A DNA stretch of 62,811 bases from Thermoplasmatales archaeon (GCA_020350365.1 CP070712.1:1-62811); one strand, 5' to 3'; numbered from the stretch's first letter, positions 27,502 to 37,192 are shown. The notes: a model not told the origin generated them from the sequence alone. A program made the numbers and translations.

Positions 27502-27906
27502 CTAAGCGTATCCAGAAATACTAGAATCCACCCAAGTTGTTTTTTCAGCACATTGCGAACCATGTTCAAGTGTAATCTCAATCGTTTTCTTTATAATCGT
27601 GGGATAAATTGCTCCAACAAGTTCATTTATAGGTTTACCCTTACAGAAAAATTTGAACGTAGGTGTCCCCATAACACCATATCTTGCTGCAATGGTTTGA
27701 CTTATTGATATATCAACTTCTGCAAAGATAATCTTATCTTTATATTCTTTAGCATAATCCTCAAAATATGGCCTCATCTGTCTACAATAAGGGCAAGTTG
27801 GACTTGAAAACATTACAACTACGGGGTTTTTTCCTTCTTCTACTATCTTTTCCCAAGTTTTATCATTTAACTCGATAATAATATCAGAACTCATTAAATC
27901 CTCCAC
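27502..27906 (-). CDS. trx: Thioredoxin
   Basis: SPTCPYCRQM (CxxC), GVMGTPTFKFF. Confidence 0.8.
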   Translation of the reverse strand: MEDLMSSDIIIELNDKTWEKIVEEGKNPVVVMFSSPTCPYCRQMRPYFEDYAKEYKDKIIFAEVDISISQTIAARYGVMGTPTFKFFCKGKPINELVGAIYPTIIKKTIEITLEHGSQCAEKTTWVDSSISGYA

Positions 27907-27952
27907 CTCTCAAAGTATTAATAAATAATCTAGATTTATTATTTACTATTAA

Positions 27953-28678
27953 CTACAAATTACCAACTACACTCATATAGATAACACTTTCACTTTTACC
28001 ATCAACACCAATAATCTCATTTATTTCATCATCATATAATGCTGCGATTTGACAATTTCCCAAACCTAAACCAGTTGAAACGAGTGCAAAATTTTCAGCA
28101 ATATGACCTGCATCCAGATAGATATATCTGTAGGCTCGCTCACCGTATTTCCATTTTGATCTATTAAAAATAGCAGTCCAGATAAAAACAGCTGCAGCTT
28201 TATTACACATATCTTGATCTAAAGCAGCTCTTGAGATATCAACTCCAAAATCACCAATTTTCAATTCTTCTAAAAGATTATCTTTTATTGAATAATGATA
28301 AATACCTTTTGGAATATCTTTTACTCTATTAATTACTAAATATGTTTCTATTGGATAAAGAGCTCCAGCAGATGGAGCTGTTCTAAATTCAAATCCAAGT
28401 TCTTTTCTTTGGATTCCAGTTGAAGCCCACAATAAGCTGGAAAGTTGTTGTTTAGTTATTGGTTTTTCAGAAAAATTACGAATACTTCTACGATTTTTCA
28501 ATACTTTATCTAAGGATATCTTTGATAAATCTTTAGGCAAATCAAGACTTATTTTCTTACTGTTTGGGTAACTCTTGTACTGTTCAGGAGGATTTCTTAA
28601 GTTGAATCCCCCAAAATCCATTAAGTAACGAGAATATTTTGTTTCCTTTTGAAATCTGTCCCCTATATCGCTGTTCAT
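27953..28678 (-). CDS. SagB-type dehydrogenase / nitroreductase-superfamily protein
   Basis: FQKETKYSR N-terminus, NRRSIRNF, PSAGALYP. Confidence 0.7.
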   Translation of the reverse strand: MNSDIGDRFQKETKYSRYLMDFGGFNLRNPPEQYKSYPNSKKISLDLPKDLSKISLDKVLKNRRSIRNFSEKPITKQQLSSLLWASTGIQRKELGFEFRTAPSAGALYPIETYLVINRVKDIPKGIYHYSIKDNLLEELKIGDFGVDISRAALDQDMCNKAAAVFIWTAIFNRSKWKYGERAYRYIYLDAGHIAENFALVSTGLGLGNCQIAALYDDEINEIIGVDGKSESVIYMSVVGNL

Positions 28679-29142
28679 AATTCTCTAAGAAAAGTTATGA
28701 TTTCATTAATATCTGGTAATTTCCCGATTTCATATATTCGAACAAATTCAATTTCTTGATCTTCATTTACAATCACATTTGCTCTCTCAGAAAAACCTTG
28801 CTTTTCTCTGAATAAATGATACAATTCTGATACCTTTCCATGAGGCCAAAAATCAGAAAGTAGTCTTGTATTTTTCAAACCAAGACTATCTGCCCAAGCT
28901 TTTTTTGATGGAATTGAATCAACATTTATTCCGATAGCAACAGTATTTAACTCTTCAAAATCATTAAAATGATTTTCTAAAGATTTCATCTGTTCAGAAC
29001 AAACTCCTGTCCAAGCAAGAGGATGAAATGATAGTAGAACTCTTTTACCTTTGAAATCAGATAGTTTGAATTCTTTTTCATTATGGTCAAATAAAGAAAA
29101 ATCAGGTGCTTTTTCTCCAGCTTTAAAGCATTTTTTCTGCAT
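28675..29142 (-). CDS. Peroxiredoxin (AhpC/TSA-Bcp type)
   Basis: FHPLAWTGVCSEQ peroxidatic Cys motif. Confidence 0.8.
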   Translation of the reverse strand: MQKKCFKAGEKAPDFSLFDHNEKEFKLSDFKGKRVLLSFHPLAWTGVCSEQMKSLENHFNDFEELNTVAIGINVDSIPSKKAWADSLGLKNTRLLSDFWPHGKVSELYHLFREKQGFSERANVIVNEDQEIEFVRIYEIGKLPDINEIITFLREL

Positions 29143-29154
29143 TTAACTTACCTC

Positions 29155-30003
29155 TTATACCCATTCTTCCTTCAAAATGTCTCCTTTAATTCCAACAACT
29201 ACTGATTTTATTGGAATTTTCCTTGAGGCTTTTTCAGCTGCTCTTTTTGCAAGGTGTAATAAACCGCTACAACAAGGTACTTCCATTGTCATTACTGTTA
29301 GTGTATTTATTTTAGCACCATCAATTAATTTAATCAATTTATCCTGATAGATTTCTTGATTTGTATCTAATTTTGGACATGCAATAGAAATGCTTCTCCC
29401 TTTTAGATAATCTTTGTGAAAATCACCAATGGAATAACCAACACAATCAGCAACTAGCAACACATCTTTGCCTTGAAAATATGGAGCAAATGGTGGTACA
29501 AGATGAAGTTGAATTGGCCATTGCTTAAGATGTGAGCTTCTGGATCCACTTTCATCAGTAGTTTCTTTCTTTTCATCTGAGAACTCCTTCATTTGTGATC
29601 CAGGACATGATTGGTAAGGCTCATGAGAACAAACACTTTCTTCATTATCTATTTTAATTTCAATACCTTGTTCTTCTAGATATTCCTGGGCTTGTCTAAG
29701 ATATTCAGTTTCTCCATGATCTTTCAAATGTTTAAGATGAGCAATAATTGTGTTTTTACCAGCTTTTACAATGTTTACCATGGTCTTTTTTTCATCGTAG
29801 GGTTCTGCTTCTCTTTCTTCTGTTGAAATTGCTCCTTCGGGACAGTGTCCAAGACATGCACCAAGTCCATCACAAAAAATATCACTAATAAGTCTTGCCT
29901 TTCCATCTATGATTTGAATAGCACCTTCAGGACAATTTGGAATACACAGCCCACAACCAGTACACTTTTCCTCATCAATTTTTACAATCTTTCTTTTTGA
30001 CAT
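29155..30003 (-). CDS. 4Fe-4S dicluster domain protein (possible Hcp redox partner)
   Basis: CTGCGLCIPNCP and CDGLGACLGHCP. ATG at 30003 lies 10 nt after the hcp stop. Confidence 0.6.
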   Translation of the reverse strand: MSKRKIVKIDEEKCTGCGLCIPNCPEGAIQIIDGKARLISDIFCDGLGACLGHCPEGAISTEEREAEPYDEKKTMVNIVKAGKNTIIAHLKHLKDHGETEYLRQAQEYLEEQGIEIKIDNEESVCSHEPYQSCPGSQMKEFSDEKKETTDESGSRSSHLKQWPIQLHLVPPFAPYFQGKDVLLVADCVGYSIGDFHKDYLKGRSISIACPKLDTNQEIYQDKLIKLIDGAKINTLTVMTMEVPCCSGLLHLAKRAAEKASRKIPIKSVVVGIKGDILKEEWV

Positions 30004-30013
30004 ATAAATCAGT

Positions 30014-31627
30014 CTATGCAACTATCTTCAATGTTGGAAGGTCATTTTCAACATTTGTATTTGGTTGTATATTGAATTTTTCAACCAAAACTTTTAACAC
30101 ATTTGGTGAAACAAAGGCAGGTAATGTTGGTCCAAGCATTATGTTTTTTACACCAAGTGATAAAAGTGAAAGAAGTACAAGAACTGCTTTTTGTTCATAC
30201 CAAGCGATATTGAAAGATATCGGCAGTTCATTTAATTCTACACCAAAAACTTCTGCAAGTTTCTGGGCAATTACCACAAGTGAATAAGAATCATTGCATT
30301 GACCAGCGTCAATTACTCTAGGAATACCATCTATATCTCCAAGTCCAAGTTTATTATATCTATACTTTGCACATCCAGCAGTAAGAATTGCTGTATCATT
30401 TGAGAGGGCATTTGCAAAATCAGTATAATATTGTCTATCTGGTCTTCGGCCATCACAACCAGCCATAACAACAAATCGTTTTATTTTACCAGATTTTACA
30501 GCATCAACTATTTTATCAGCAACACTTAATGTTGCGTTATGGGCAAAACCAATTGTTATTTCACCATCATCGATTTTTTCAGGTGGAGAACTTCTTTTTG
30601 CATGTTCAATTATTTCTGAAAAATCCTTTGGGTCTCCTTCTGGTATATGTCTCAATCCTTCAAATCCAACAATACCTGTTGTGTATACCCTTTCCTTATA
30701 GGAATCTCTTGGAGGTACAAGACAGTTCGTTGTCATTAGAATTGGGCCATTGAATTTTTCAAATTCTTCTTTTTGTTTCCACCAGGAGCTACCGTAGTTT
30801 CCAACCAAGTGAGAATATTTTTTAAATGCAGGGTAAGCATTTGCAGGTAGCATCTCACCGTGTGTATAAACATCCACACCAGTTCCCTCAGTTTGTTTTA
30901 GAAGTTGTTCTAAATCCTTTAAATCATGACCACTTATTAGAATCCCTGGATTATTTCTCACTCCAATGTTTACATTTGTTATTTCAGGATTACCATAAGT
31001 ACTAGTGTTTGCTTTATCAAGCAATGCTATAGTTTTTACACCCATCTCACCACATTTTAAAACCAAATTAACTAGTTCGTCTACAGGTAAATCGTTTGTA
31101 GTACTAGCAAGACCCTCTTGCATGAACTTAAAGATTTCATCATCCTTATTACCAATAACATATGCATGATGAGAATAAGCAGCTATTCCCTTTATCCCAT
31201 AGGTAAGTAGCCAACGAAGTGATCTAATATCCTCATTTTCAGTACTCAATATTCCAATTTTTTCAGATTTTTCAAAAATCTCATCTTCACTATCAGACTG
31301 CCATTTTACTGAATCATGTTGGGAGTCTACTGAGACATTCTGTTTAATATTTTCCCGTAATTTTATTGCTTCCTGAATTTTATCTAAAAAATATTTTTTA
31401 TCAAAATTTGCATTAGTAATTGTTGCAAATAAATTGTCCATTATGAATTTGTCTGTTTCCTCAGTGTTTTTACCTTGTTTTCTTGCTTCAATATTACATA
31501 TTGATATCCCTTTCATTAAGTAGATAAGAAGATCTTGTAAATTTGCTACTTCCCCTTTTTTACCACATGCACCATTTATTGTGCAGCCTTTATTGTTTAT
31601 TGTTTCTTCACATTGATAACAAAACAT
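30014..31627 (-). CDS. hcp: Hybrid cluster protein (hydroxylamine reductase)
   Basis: [24 protein letters not shown]-terminal cluster motif; 537 aa. Confidence 0.9.
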   Translation of the reverse strand: MFCYQCEETINNKGCTINGACGKKGEVANLQDLLIYLMKGISICNIEARKQGKNTEETDKFIMDNLFATITNANFDKKYFLDKIQEAIKLRENIKQNVSVDSQHDSVKWQSDSEDEIFEKSEKIGILSTENEDIRSLRWLLTYGIKGIAAYSHHAYVIGNKDDEIFKFMQEGLASTTNDLPVDELVNLVLKCGEMGVKTIALLDKANTSTYGNPEITNVNIGVRNNPGILISGHDLKDLEQLLKQTEGTGVDVYTHGEMLPANAYPAFKKYSHLVGNYGSSWWKQKEEFEKFNGPILMTTNCLVPPRDSYKERVYTTGIVGFEGLRHIPEGDPKDFSEIIEHAKRSSPPEKIDDGEITIGFAHNATLSVADKIVDAVKSGKIKRFVVMAGCDGRRPDRQYYTDFANALSNDTAILTAGCAKYRYNKLGLGDIDGIPRVIDAGQCNDSYSLVVIAQKLAEVFGVELNELPISFNIAWYEQKAVLVLLSLLSLGVKNIMLGPTLPAFVSPNVLKVLVEKFNIQPNTNVENDLPTLKIVA

Positions 31628-31657
31628 TTTATTTCACCTTTTTAGCCTAAAAAGATT

Positions 31658-32035
31658 TTAAGATTTCCACAAACCATGAACATTACAATATTCACGAGCG
31701 GAAATTTCAGTTGTGGTTATTGAAAATTTTGCCTGTGGCTTATCTCCTGGTTTTAAAAACTTTCTATAAGATACACCATCTGCAATTATCTGTATCCATT
31801 CAATGTAGTGTTTCTCTTCCATTGGATGATCCTGATTTTGACCAACTTTTACAAGAAAACCTTCATCTGTTTTTTCAATATAAGGAACGTGTTTTTCAAT
31901 AGATGAGTCTTCAGTTTTTTCATCCATTAATTCCATTGGTTCCCCACAACATACCAATTCACCAACACCAGCATGTAACATTTCTACAATATTTCCACAT
32001 ATATTACATTTATATATCTCTCTTACTTTTGTCAT
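31658..32035 (-). CDS. dfx: Desulfoferrodoxin (2Fe superoxide reductase)
   Basis: [27 protein letters not shown] Dx domain plus the SOR domain ([19 protein letters not shown]). Start at 32035 after GGGGG. Confidence 0.85.
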   Translation of the reverse strand: MTKVREIYKCNICGNIVEMLHAGVGELVCCGEPMELMDEKTEDSSIEKHVPYIEKTDEGFLVKVGQNQDHPMEEKHYIEWIQIIADGVSYRKFLKPGDKPQAKFSITTTEISAREYCNVHGLWKS

Positions 32036-32057
32036 AACCTTACTACCCCCAAAATTT

Positions 32058-32411
32058 TTATTTCTTTTTTTTCTTCTTATAATCATCAATAGCTGCATGC
32101 AGTGCATCGGCAGCTAAATTAGAGCAATGCATCTTTTGAGGTGGCAGGCCATCGAGTTCATTTGCCACATCATTTCTAGTAATTTTTAATGCTTCATCAA
32201 CTGTTTTTCCAATTGCAAGTTCTGTAACCATAGAGCTTGTTGCAATAGCCGAGCCACAACCAAATGTTTTGAATTTTATATCTTTAATAACATCATTTTC
32301 AACTTTTATGTACATCTCCATTAAATCTCCACAAACAGGATTCCCGACTTTTCCATAACCATCAGGATTTTCAATTACACCTACATTTCTTGGATTTGTA
32401 AAATGATCCAT
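32058..32411 (-). CDS. iscU: Fe-S cluster scaffold IscU/NifU-like
   Basis: [28 protein letters not shown]. Confidence 0.9.
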   Translation of the reverse strand: MDHFTNPRNVGVIENPDGYGKVGNPVCGDLMEMYIKVENDVIKDIKFKTFGCGSAIATSSMVTELAIGKTVDEALKITRNDVANELDGLPPQKMHCSNLAADALHAAIDDYKKKKKK

Positions 32412-32444
32412 TACCTTTTTACTATATATCGGAATTTTATCACC

Positions 32445-33599
32445 TCATTTAATTAATGGTGAAAGTTTTCTTAATCTACTTACAGTTTCACCAACTGCTT
32501 TTACAATTTTTTGTACTTGTTTCATATTATTTGAACGACCTAGGGTTATCACCATAGATCCATGTGCTTCCTCATGCTTAAGACCAATTGCCAATAGTAC
32601 ATGTGATGGTTCAAGCGTTTTTGATGAACAAGCTGAACCTGTTGCGATTTGAATCCCATACATATCCATATTTAAAAGAATGCTTTCTCCTTCAATGTGA
32701 TTAAATCTAAAACTTGCATGATGAGGTAAGCGCTTTTTTGGATGGCCAGTTAAATAAGTTTCATCAATTTTTGTAATTTCAGATATCAATTTGTCTCTGA
32801 TTTTTTGTAATCGCTTACTTTCAATATTCATTTCTTTCTTTGCAATTTTTGCCGCCTCACCCATACCAGTTATTGCAAATATGTTTTCAGTTCCTGATCT
32901 CAGTCCTCTTTCTTGTCCTCCACCTGGCATTACGGATTGGATTTTTAATCCAGGTTTTACATATAATACTCCAGCGCCTCTAGGCCCGTATAAGTCGTTA
33001 GATGATAATGTTAAAAGGTCAATACCATCTTTTTGTACATCTATAGGCACTCTTCCTGCAGCAGCTGTTGCATCTACATGTAAATATTTTCCTTTTTCAT
33101 GAACAATTTCAGAAATTTCTTTTATAGGTTCAATTGTTCCAATCTCATTATTTGCATACATTACAGATGTAAGAATTGTATTTTTTGATAATATTTTTTT
33201 AAGTTTGGATAAATCAATAATACCATAATTATCTACAGGTATTGTATTAAAAATCCATCCATTTTTTTGAAGGTCTTTCATTGGATTAATAACTGAAATA
33301 TGCTCAATAGCACTTGAAAGGACCTCTTTACCTTCTTTTATATTTCTAAATGCCAGTCCTCTTATCGCAATATTATTTGACTCTGTAGCACTACCTGTAA
33401 ATATTATTGTTTTTTCATTTTCTGCATTTATTAAATCAACAATTTTGGTCCTTGCTTTTTCAATTACTTCTTTAGATTCTTGTCCAAATTCGTATAAAGA
33501 TGACGGATTACCTACATCAAGTAAATATGGCTTAGCATATTCAAATACCCTCGAATCAATGGGCATTGCGGATGCATGATCTAAGTATATTCTTTCCAT
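32445..33599 (-). CDS. iscS: Cysteine desulfurase (NifS/IscS)
   Basis: Class V aminotransferase. SSNDLYGPRG PLP-Lys-region equivalent and the catalytic loop SGSACSS. Confidence 0.85.
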   Translation of the reverse strand: MERIYLDHASAMPIDSRVFEYAKPYLLDVGNPSSLYEFGQESKEVIEKARTKIVDLINAENEKTIIFTGSATESNNIAIRGLAFRNIKEGKEVLSSAIEHISVINPMKDLQKNGWIFNTIPVDNYGIIDLSKLKKILSKNTILTSVMYANNEIGTIEPIKEISEIVHEKGKYLHVDATAAAGRVPIDVQKDGIDLLTLSSNDLYGPRGAGVLYVKPGLKIQSVMPGGGQERGLRSGTENIFAITGMGEAAKIAKKEMNIESKRLQKIRDKLISEITKIDETYLTGHPKKRLPHHASFRFNHIEGESILLNMDMYGIQIATGSACSSKTLEPSHVLLAIGLKHEEAHGSMVITLGRSNNMKQVQKIVKAVGETVSRLRKLSPLIK

Positions 33600-33608
33600 T
33601 TTATCTCT

Positions 33609-33971
33609 CTAAAACCACATGGTTGCTCCAGCATCTAGAGCAAGGTCGTTAAGTGTTCCTGCTCCAACAATTTTAACACCTGGAATAAGTTCAACTTTTT
33701 CCCATCCAAGCATCTGTTTAGAAGCCTCACAAACATAGATTTCTATACCCATATCAAGAGTTTTTTTGATCATCTCAGCAACACTTGGAAAACTACCAAG
33801 TTTTATTTTTTCAGCCTCACCAGGTTTTAAAATCTTGAGTCCCGTCCCAAGATAATATACCATTGGTTTTAAATCCATCATTTTTGCTGTTTGAGCTAAA
33901 ACCAATGGCGAATATTGTTTATCAGGTGAGTCAGTGGTTTGCACATATAATATGGAATTTTCATCTTTCAT
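33609..33971 (-). CDS. DsrE/DsrF-like sulfur-relay family protein
   Basis: 120 aa. DsrE-fold pattern with a conserved Cys in IYVCEAS. Confidence 0.6.
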   Translation of the reverse strand: MKDENSILYVQTTDSPDKQYSPLVLAQTAKMMDLKPMVYYLGTGLKILKPGEAEKIKLGSFPSVAEMIKKTLDMGIEIYVCEASKQMLGWEKVELIPGVKIVGAGTLNDLALDAGATMWF

Positions 33972-33982
33972 ATTTTTTCACC

Positions 33983-34168
33983 TTATTTCATTTTTTTAAT
34001 AAAGAAAGTTAAAATTGTACCTTCTTTTTCAAATTTTAATATCTCATGACCAGTTCGTTTTGCCCAACGTTTAATATCTTCTTCTGCGGCAGGGTCATCT
34101 GCTTCAACTTTTAAGACTTGTCCAATCTCTATCTTATCTATCTCTTCCTTGGTCATAGCAATAGGCAT
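33983..34168 (-). CDS. tusA: TusA-like sulfurtransferase. The annotated ORF lacks the catalytic Cys-Pro motif, which lies just upstream in frame with no start codon.
   Basis: The in-frame upstream extension reads AELDCVGYFCPMPI (TusA CPxP). The body reads VLKVEADDPAAEEDIKRWAKRTGHEI. See finding. Confidence 0.65.
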   Translation of the reverse strand: MPIAMTKEEIDKIEIGQVLKVEADDPAAEEDIKRWAKRTGHEILKFEKEGTILTFFIKKMK

Positions 34169-34221
34169 TGGGCAAAAGTAACCAACACAATCAAGTTCAG
34201 CATCGGATTTTATTTCATCGC

Positions 34222-34740
34222 TCAGAAATTTTGCCCCCCTAAATAATCAAATTCAAACCAATAACCGGTTGAATTGATGTGACTGAACTCTTTTTCAAGT
34301 AACGAATAATGATTTTTTTCTTGTTCGATTATTTCATTGATAACATTTTTTAACTCTTGGTTTTCAAGATTTTCCAAAATATCACTGTAATAATCAATTG
34401 CTTCCTTTTCACTATCCATTGCCATTCTTAAGGCATCAATCTCAGTACTATCTGAATCCATACCAGGAGCATCTTTAAGGTCGGTTGGAAATATTGGTAT
34501 ATTTGCATATTTTTTACTAGAATTTACTAAATCATTCCATTCTGACTGACCAACTCTGTCTTCAAACATCTTTTGAAAAACGTCAAGATGTCTTTGCTCA
34601 TCAGCTGCAAGACTCTCAAAAATGGTTCGCCCCATATCACTTCCTGTTTGGCCAGCAGCTTTTGTATAAAATGCATAGCCATCTTTTTCCATTTGAATAG
34701 CAGTTAGAATTGCATCCTTTACATTTTCAATATTTGTCAA
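34222..34740 (-). CDS. Ferritin-like diiron protein (rubrerythrin family, no rubredoxin domain)
   Basis: ExxH pairs: EKDGYAFY, ADEQRHL, EKEAIDYY, EQEKNHY. Confidence 0.7.
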   Translation of the reverse strand: MTNIENVKDAILTAIQMEKDGYAFYTKAAGQTGSDMGRTIFESLAADEQRHLDVFQKMFEDRVGQSEWNDLVNSSKKYANIPIFPTDLKDAPGMDSDSTEIDALRMAMDSEKEAIDYYSDILENLENQELKNVINEIIEQEKNHYSLLEKEFSHINSTGYWFEFDYLGGQNF

Positions 34741-34759
34741 ATTGTTTCCCCCTTAATTT

Positions 34760-35335
34760 TTAATAAGATTCTACCCAAATCTCATAGTAGCTTTGTGGAT
34801 GTTGACAAGCAGGACAGACATCAGGTGCTTCTTTTCCGTCATGTACATATCCACAGTTTCGGCATTTCCATTTTTTTATATTATCTTTTTTGAATACTTG
34901 TTTTTTCTTAATATTTTCAAGTAATTTTCTAAATCTTCTTTCATGATATGCTTCTACTTCTGCAATCTTTTTGAAGCTATGTGCAACCATTGGAAATCCC
35001 TCTTTTTCAGCCGTTTCTGTAAAATCTGGATAAAGTGAGCCCCATTCCATCTTTTCACCTTCAGCAGCTGCAAGAAGATTTTGAGATGTATCTCCAATAA
35101 TACCAGCGGGATATTCAGCAGTTATTTCGACATCTCCTCCTTGCAGATGTTTAAAGAAAACCTCAGCATGTTCTTTTTCATTTTCAGCTGTTTCTTGAAA
35201 TATTGCTGCGATTTGTTCATAGCCTTCTTTTTTTGCTTTTGATGCAAAAAAGACATATCGGTTTCTAGCTTGTGACTCTCCTGCAAATGCTGCAAGAAGA
35301 TTTTTTTCAGTTTGTGTTCCTTTTATATTTTTCAT
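34760..35335 (-). CDS. rbr: Rubrerythrin
   Basis: Diiron ferritin-like domain plus a C-terminal WKCRNCGY...CPACQHP rubredoxin-like site. Confidence 0.9.
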   Translation of the reverse strand: MKNIKGTQTEKNLLAAFAGESQARNRYVFFASKAKKEGYEQIAAIFQETAENEKEHAEVFFKHLQGGDVEITAEYPAGIIGDTSQNLLAAAEGEKMEWGSLYPDFTETAEKEGFPMVAHSFKKIAEVEAYHERRFRKLLENIKKKQVFKKDNIKKWKCRNCGYVHDGKEAPDVCPACQHPQSYYEIWVESY

Positions 35336-35358
35336 TACTTATCCTCCTTAATTTTAAT

Positions 35359-35850
35359 CTATGGCCCAACGTGTACCATGGGCCAGTAAATGTCACCTTC
35401 CTCAAAACGTTCCATGCTTTCTTTCTCAGTTTCAAGAAGCTTATAATGACCTTTTTCCATATCTGAGAAGTATAACAAGGTGTTGTTTAATTTAGTCCCT
35501 TCCTCAAACCGACCTGCTAGTAACCTATAGAAATCACTTGCAGATTGTTCTGCATTCATTGCTTCTTTTAATAAAATGCTCAAAGGTAGGTCTTCGGATA
35601 TATTTACTTCAGGAAGTGGAACAGGTGAATCCCTTGGTAAAACTATTTTATTTTCAGGGTAATGATTCTTATAAATATCCTCGACAAATATTCTGTGTTT
35701 TTCTTCTTCATTTGCCAGAAATTTAAGTTTATCCTCTAATAGTCCGTTTTTAGTTTTTTTAGACATTTTTAAATAAAGTTTATTACTCTCAATTTCACTC
35801 TTTATTGCTGCTAGTAATAATTCTTCCAGGTCAAAACCACTCAAATCCAT
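35359..35850 (-). CDS. Ferritin-like/rubrerythrin-family diiron protein
   Basis: SEIESNKLY, EEEKHRIF, AEQSASDFY, MEKGHYKLL. Confidence 0.6.
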   Translation of the reverse strand: MDLSGFDLEELLLAAIKSEIESNKLYLKMSKKTKNGLLEDKLKFLANEEEKHRIFVEDIYKNHYPENKIVLPRDSPVPLPEVNISEDLPLSILLKEAMNAEQSASDFYRLLAGRFEEGTKLNNTLLYFSDMEKGHYKLLETEKESMERFEEGDIYWPMVHVGP

Positions 35851-35859
35851 TTTTTCACC

Positions 35860-36396
35860 CTATTTAAGATAATCAGCATGCAAATCCAGATGGTCTTTTT
35901 CTATCTCAACAAGTGCACCAAAGAACTCCTTTAGTCTTGGTTCTGTAGCTTCATCTCTAAACTTTGAATAGGCTTTTATTGCACGGCCTTCCCGTTCCCA
36001 ACCTTCTTTTGAATTTGCTTTTGAATCCTTATTACATGCTTGTTTCATTAAGTCAGGACTTGATATCTTCAAGAATTTTGATATTGCTGATGCATGTTCT
36101 TTTTCAACTTTCATAAGAGCCTTAAATTTAGCTAAACTGTAATCATCACCTGCTTTGTCAGCTATATTTTTTGCACAATCATAGAATGCTGCATTATCTA
36201 ACTCTAGTTGTAATGCTGCTTCAAGATTTTTTTTAGAGATTTCACTTAATGTTACATTAAATTCATCTGGATTCCAATCTTTTGCTTCGACAAAGTATTT
36301 CTGATTTGCACCACAAAATGGACACTGCATTGGAGCCTCCGAACCTATATATGGATCACCACAAATTCTACACCTAAAAACTTTTATCTTCGTCAT
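35860..36396 (-). CDS. Reverse rubrerythrin-like protein (N-terminal rubredoxin-like site plus ferritin-like domain)
   Basis: FRCRICGD...CPFCGA at the N-terminus. ExxH motifs: VEKEHASAI, IEKDHLDLH. Confidence 0.7.
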   Translation of the reverse strand: MTKIKVFRCRICGDPYIGSEAPMQCPFCGANQKYFVEAKDWNPDEFNVTLSEISKKNLEAALQLELDNAAFYDCAKNIADKAGDDYSLAKFKALMKVEKEHASAISKFLKISSPDLMKQACNKDSKANSKEGWEREGRAIKAYSKFRDEATEPRLKEFFGALVEIEKDHLDLHADYLK

Positions 36397-36424
36397 AACA
36401 CTAACCTTCTTTTCAAATATCTCA

Positions 36425-36973
36425 CTATTTAACTGGTATATTTCTACCTCTACCAGTTGTAGGTGTTTTCTTTTTTACCAATATTTCTAATATACCATTA
36501 TTTAACGTTGCATCTGCTTTATCTGGATTTACTTCTTCTGGAAATGCCATTGTTCTGCATATTGTTGAATAACTACGTTCTCGCCTTACCCAACCTTCAT
36601 CTTTTTCATCTGTTTCAATTTTTATTTCTCCACAAATACTAATATTATTTGTTGTAATATTTACTTCAACATCTTTTTTATTAACACCGGGCATTTCAGC
36701 TTTTATTTTGTATTCTTTTCCAGTATCTATCATATCAATAGCAGTAATTTTTTTATCAGTGTCAAACCATTGATCTACTAATTTTTCAGCTGGCGTAAGA
36801 CCACTCCATCTTCTTCGCCAAATAGGAACCCAAGGATCTTCCCAAAACCATCTATCCGTTCTATCCATTAAATCCCATGGATTCCAAACAGTAGGAGTTG
36901 TCATCCTTTCAGGTGGTGTAATCTTACCTTTTTTTGTTTTAATATTTATCTTCTTTTCTTTCTTTTTCACCAT
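36425..36973 (-). CDS. Small heat shock protein (Hsp20/alpha-crystallin)
   Basis: Alpha-crystallin domain: YKIKAEMPGVNKKDVEVNI, LNNGILEILV. Confidence 0.85.
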   Translation of the reverse strand: MVKKKEKKINIKTKKGKITPPERMTTPTVWNPWDLMDRTDRWFWEDPWVPIWRRRWSGLTPAEKLVDQWFDTDKKITAIDMIDTGKEYKIKAEMPGVNKKDVEVNITTNNISICGEIKIETDEKDEGWVRRERSYSTICRTMAFPEEVNPDKADATLNNGILEILVKKKTPTTGRGRNIPVK

Positions 36974-37015
36974 AATTTATCTAACTCCTTTTTGTAAAAT
37001 TCTTACTTTTTTAAT

Positions 37016-37171
37016 TTATTTAATTCTCTTCATTGGTTCGCCACAACAATATGGTATAGACTTTGGTTCCTCATCAAACTCTATTATGCCACAACTGCAT
37101 TCATCCATTGAGCATTGGCATTCATATTGTACTGGCTTATTGGATTCTTTACAACCACAACTTTTACACAT
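37016..37171 (-). CDS. Cys-rich small metal-binding protein, 51 aa (not in the ORF track)
   Basis: Manual translation: MCKSCGCKESNKPVQYECQCSMDECSCGIIEFDEEPKSIPYCCGEPMKRIK. 9 Cys. GGAGGT SD 7 nt upstream. The CCGEPM tail matches the Dx motif in dfx. Confidence 0.6.
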   Translation of the reverse strand: MCKSCGCKESNKPVQYECQCSMDECSCGIIEFDEEPKSIPYCCGEPMKRIK

Positions 37172-37192
37172 TTTTTTACCTCCATTTTTTTC

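Noticed and set aside
27907-27952. Imperfect palindrome TAATAAATAATCTAGATTTATTATTTA between the SagB-like gene and thioredoxin.
   Set aside because: It has only 5+5 matching arms with mismatches, composed almost purely of A and T. This is easily produced by chance here.
32412-32444. Possible N-terminal extension of IscU (in-frame GDKIPIYSKKV upstream of the ATG at 32411).
   Set aside because: An in-frame TGA lies immediately upstream and there is no alternative start codon. The ATG at 32411 gives a functional-length IscU, so I made no frameshift claim.
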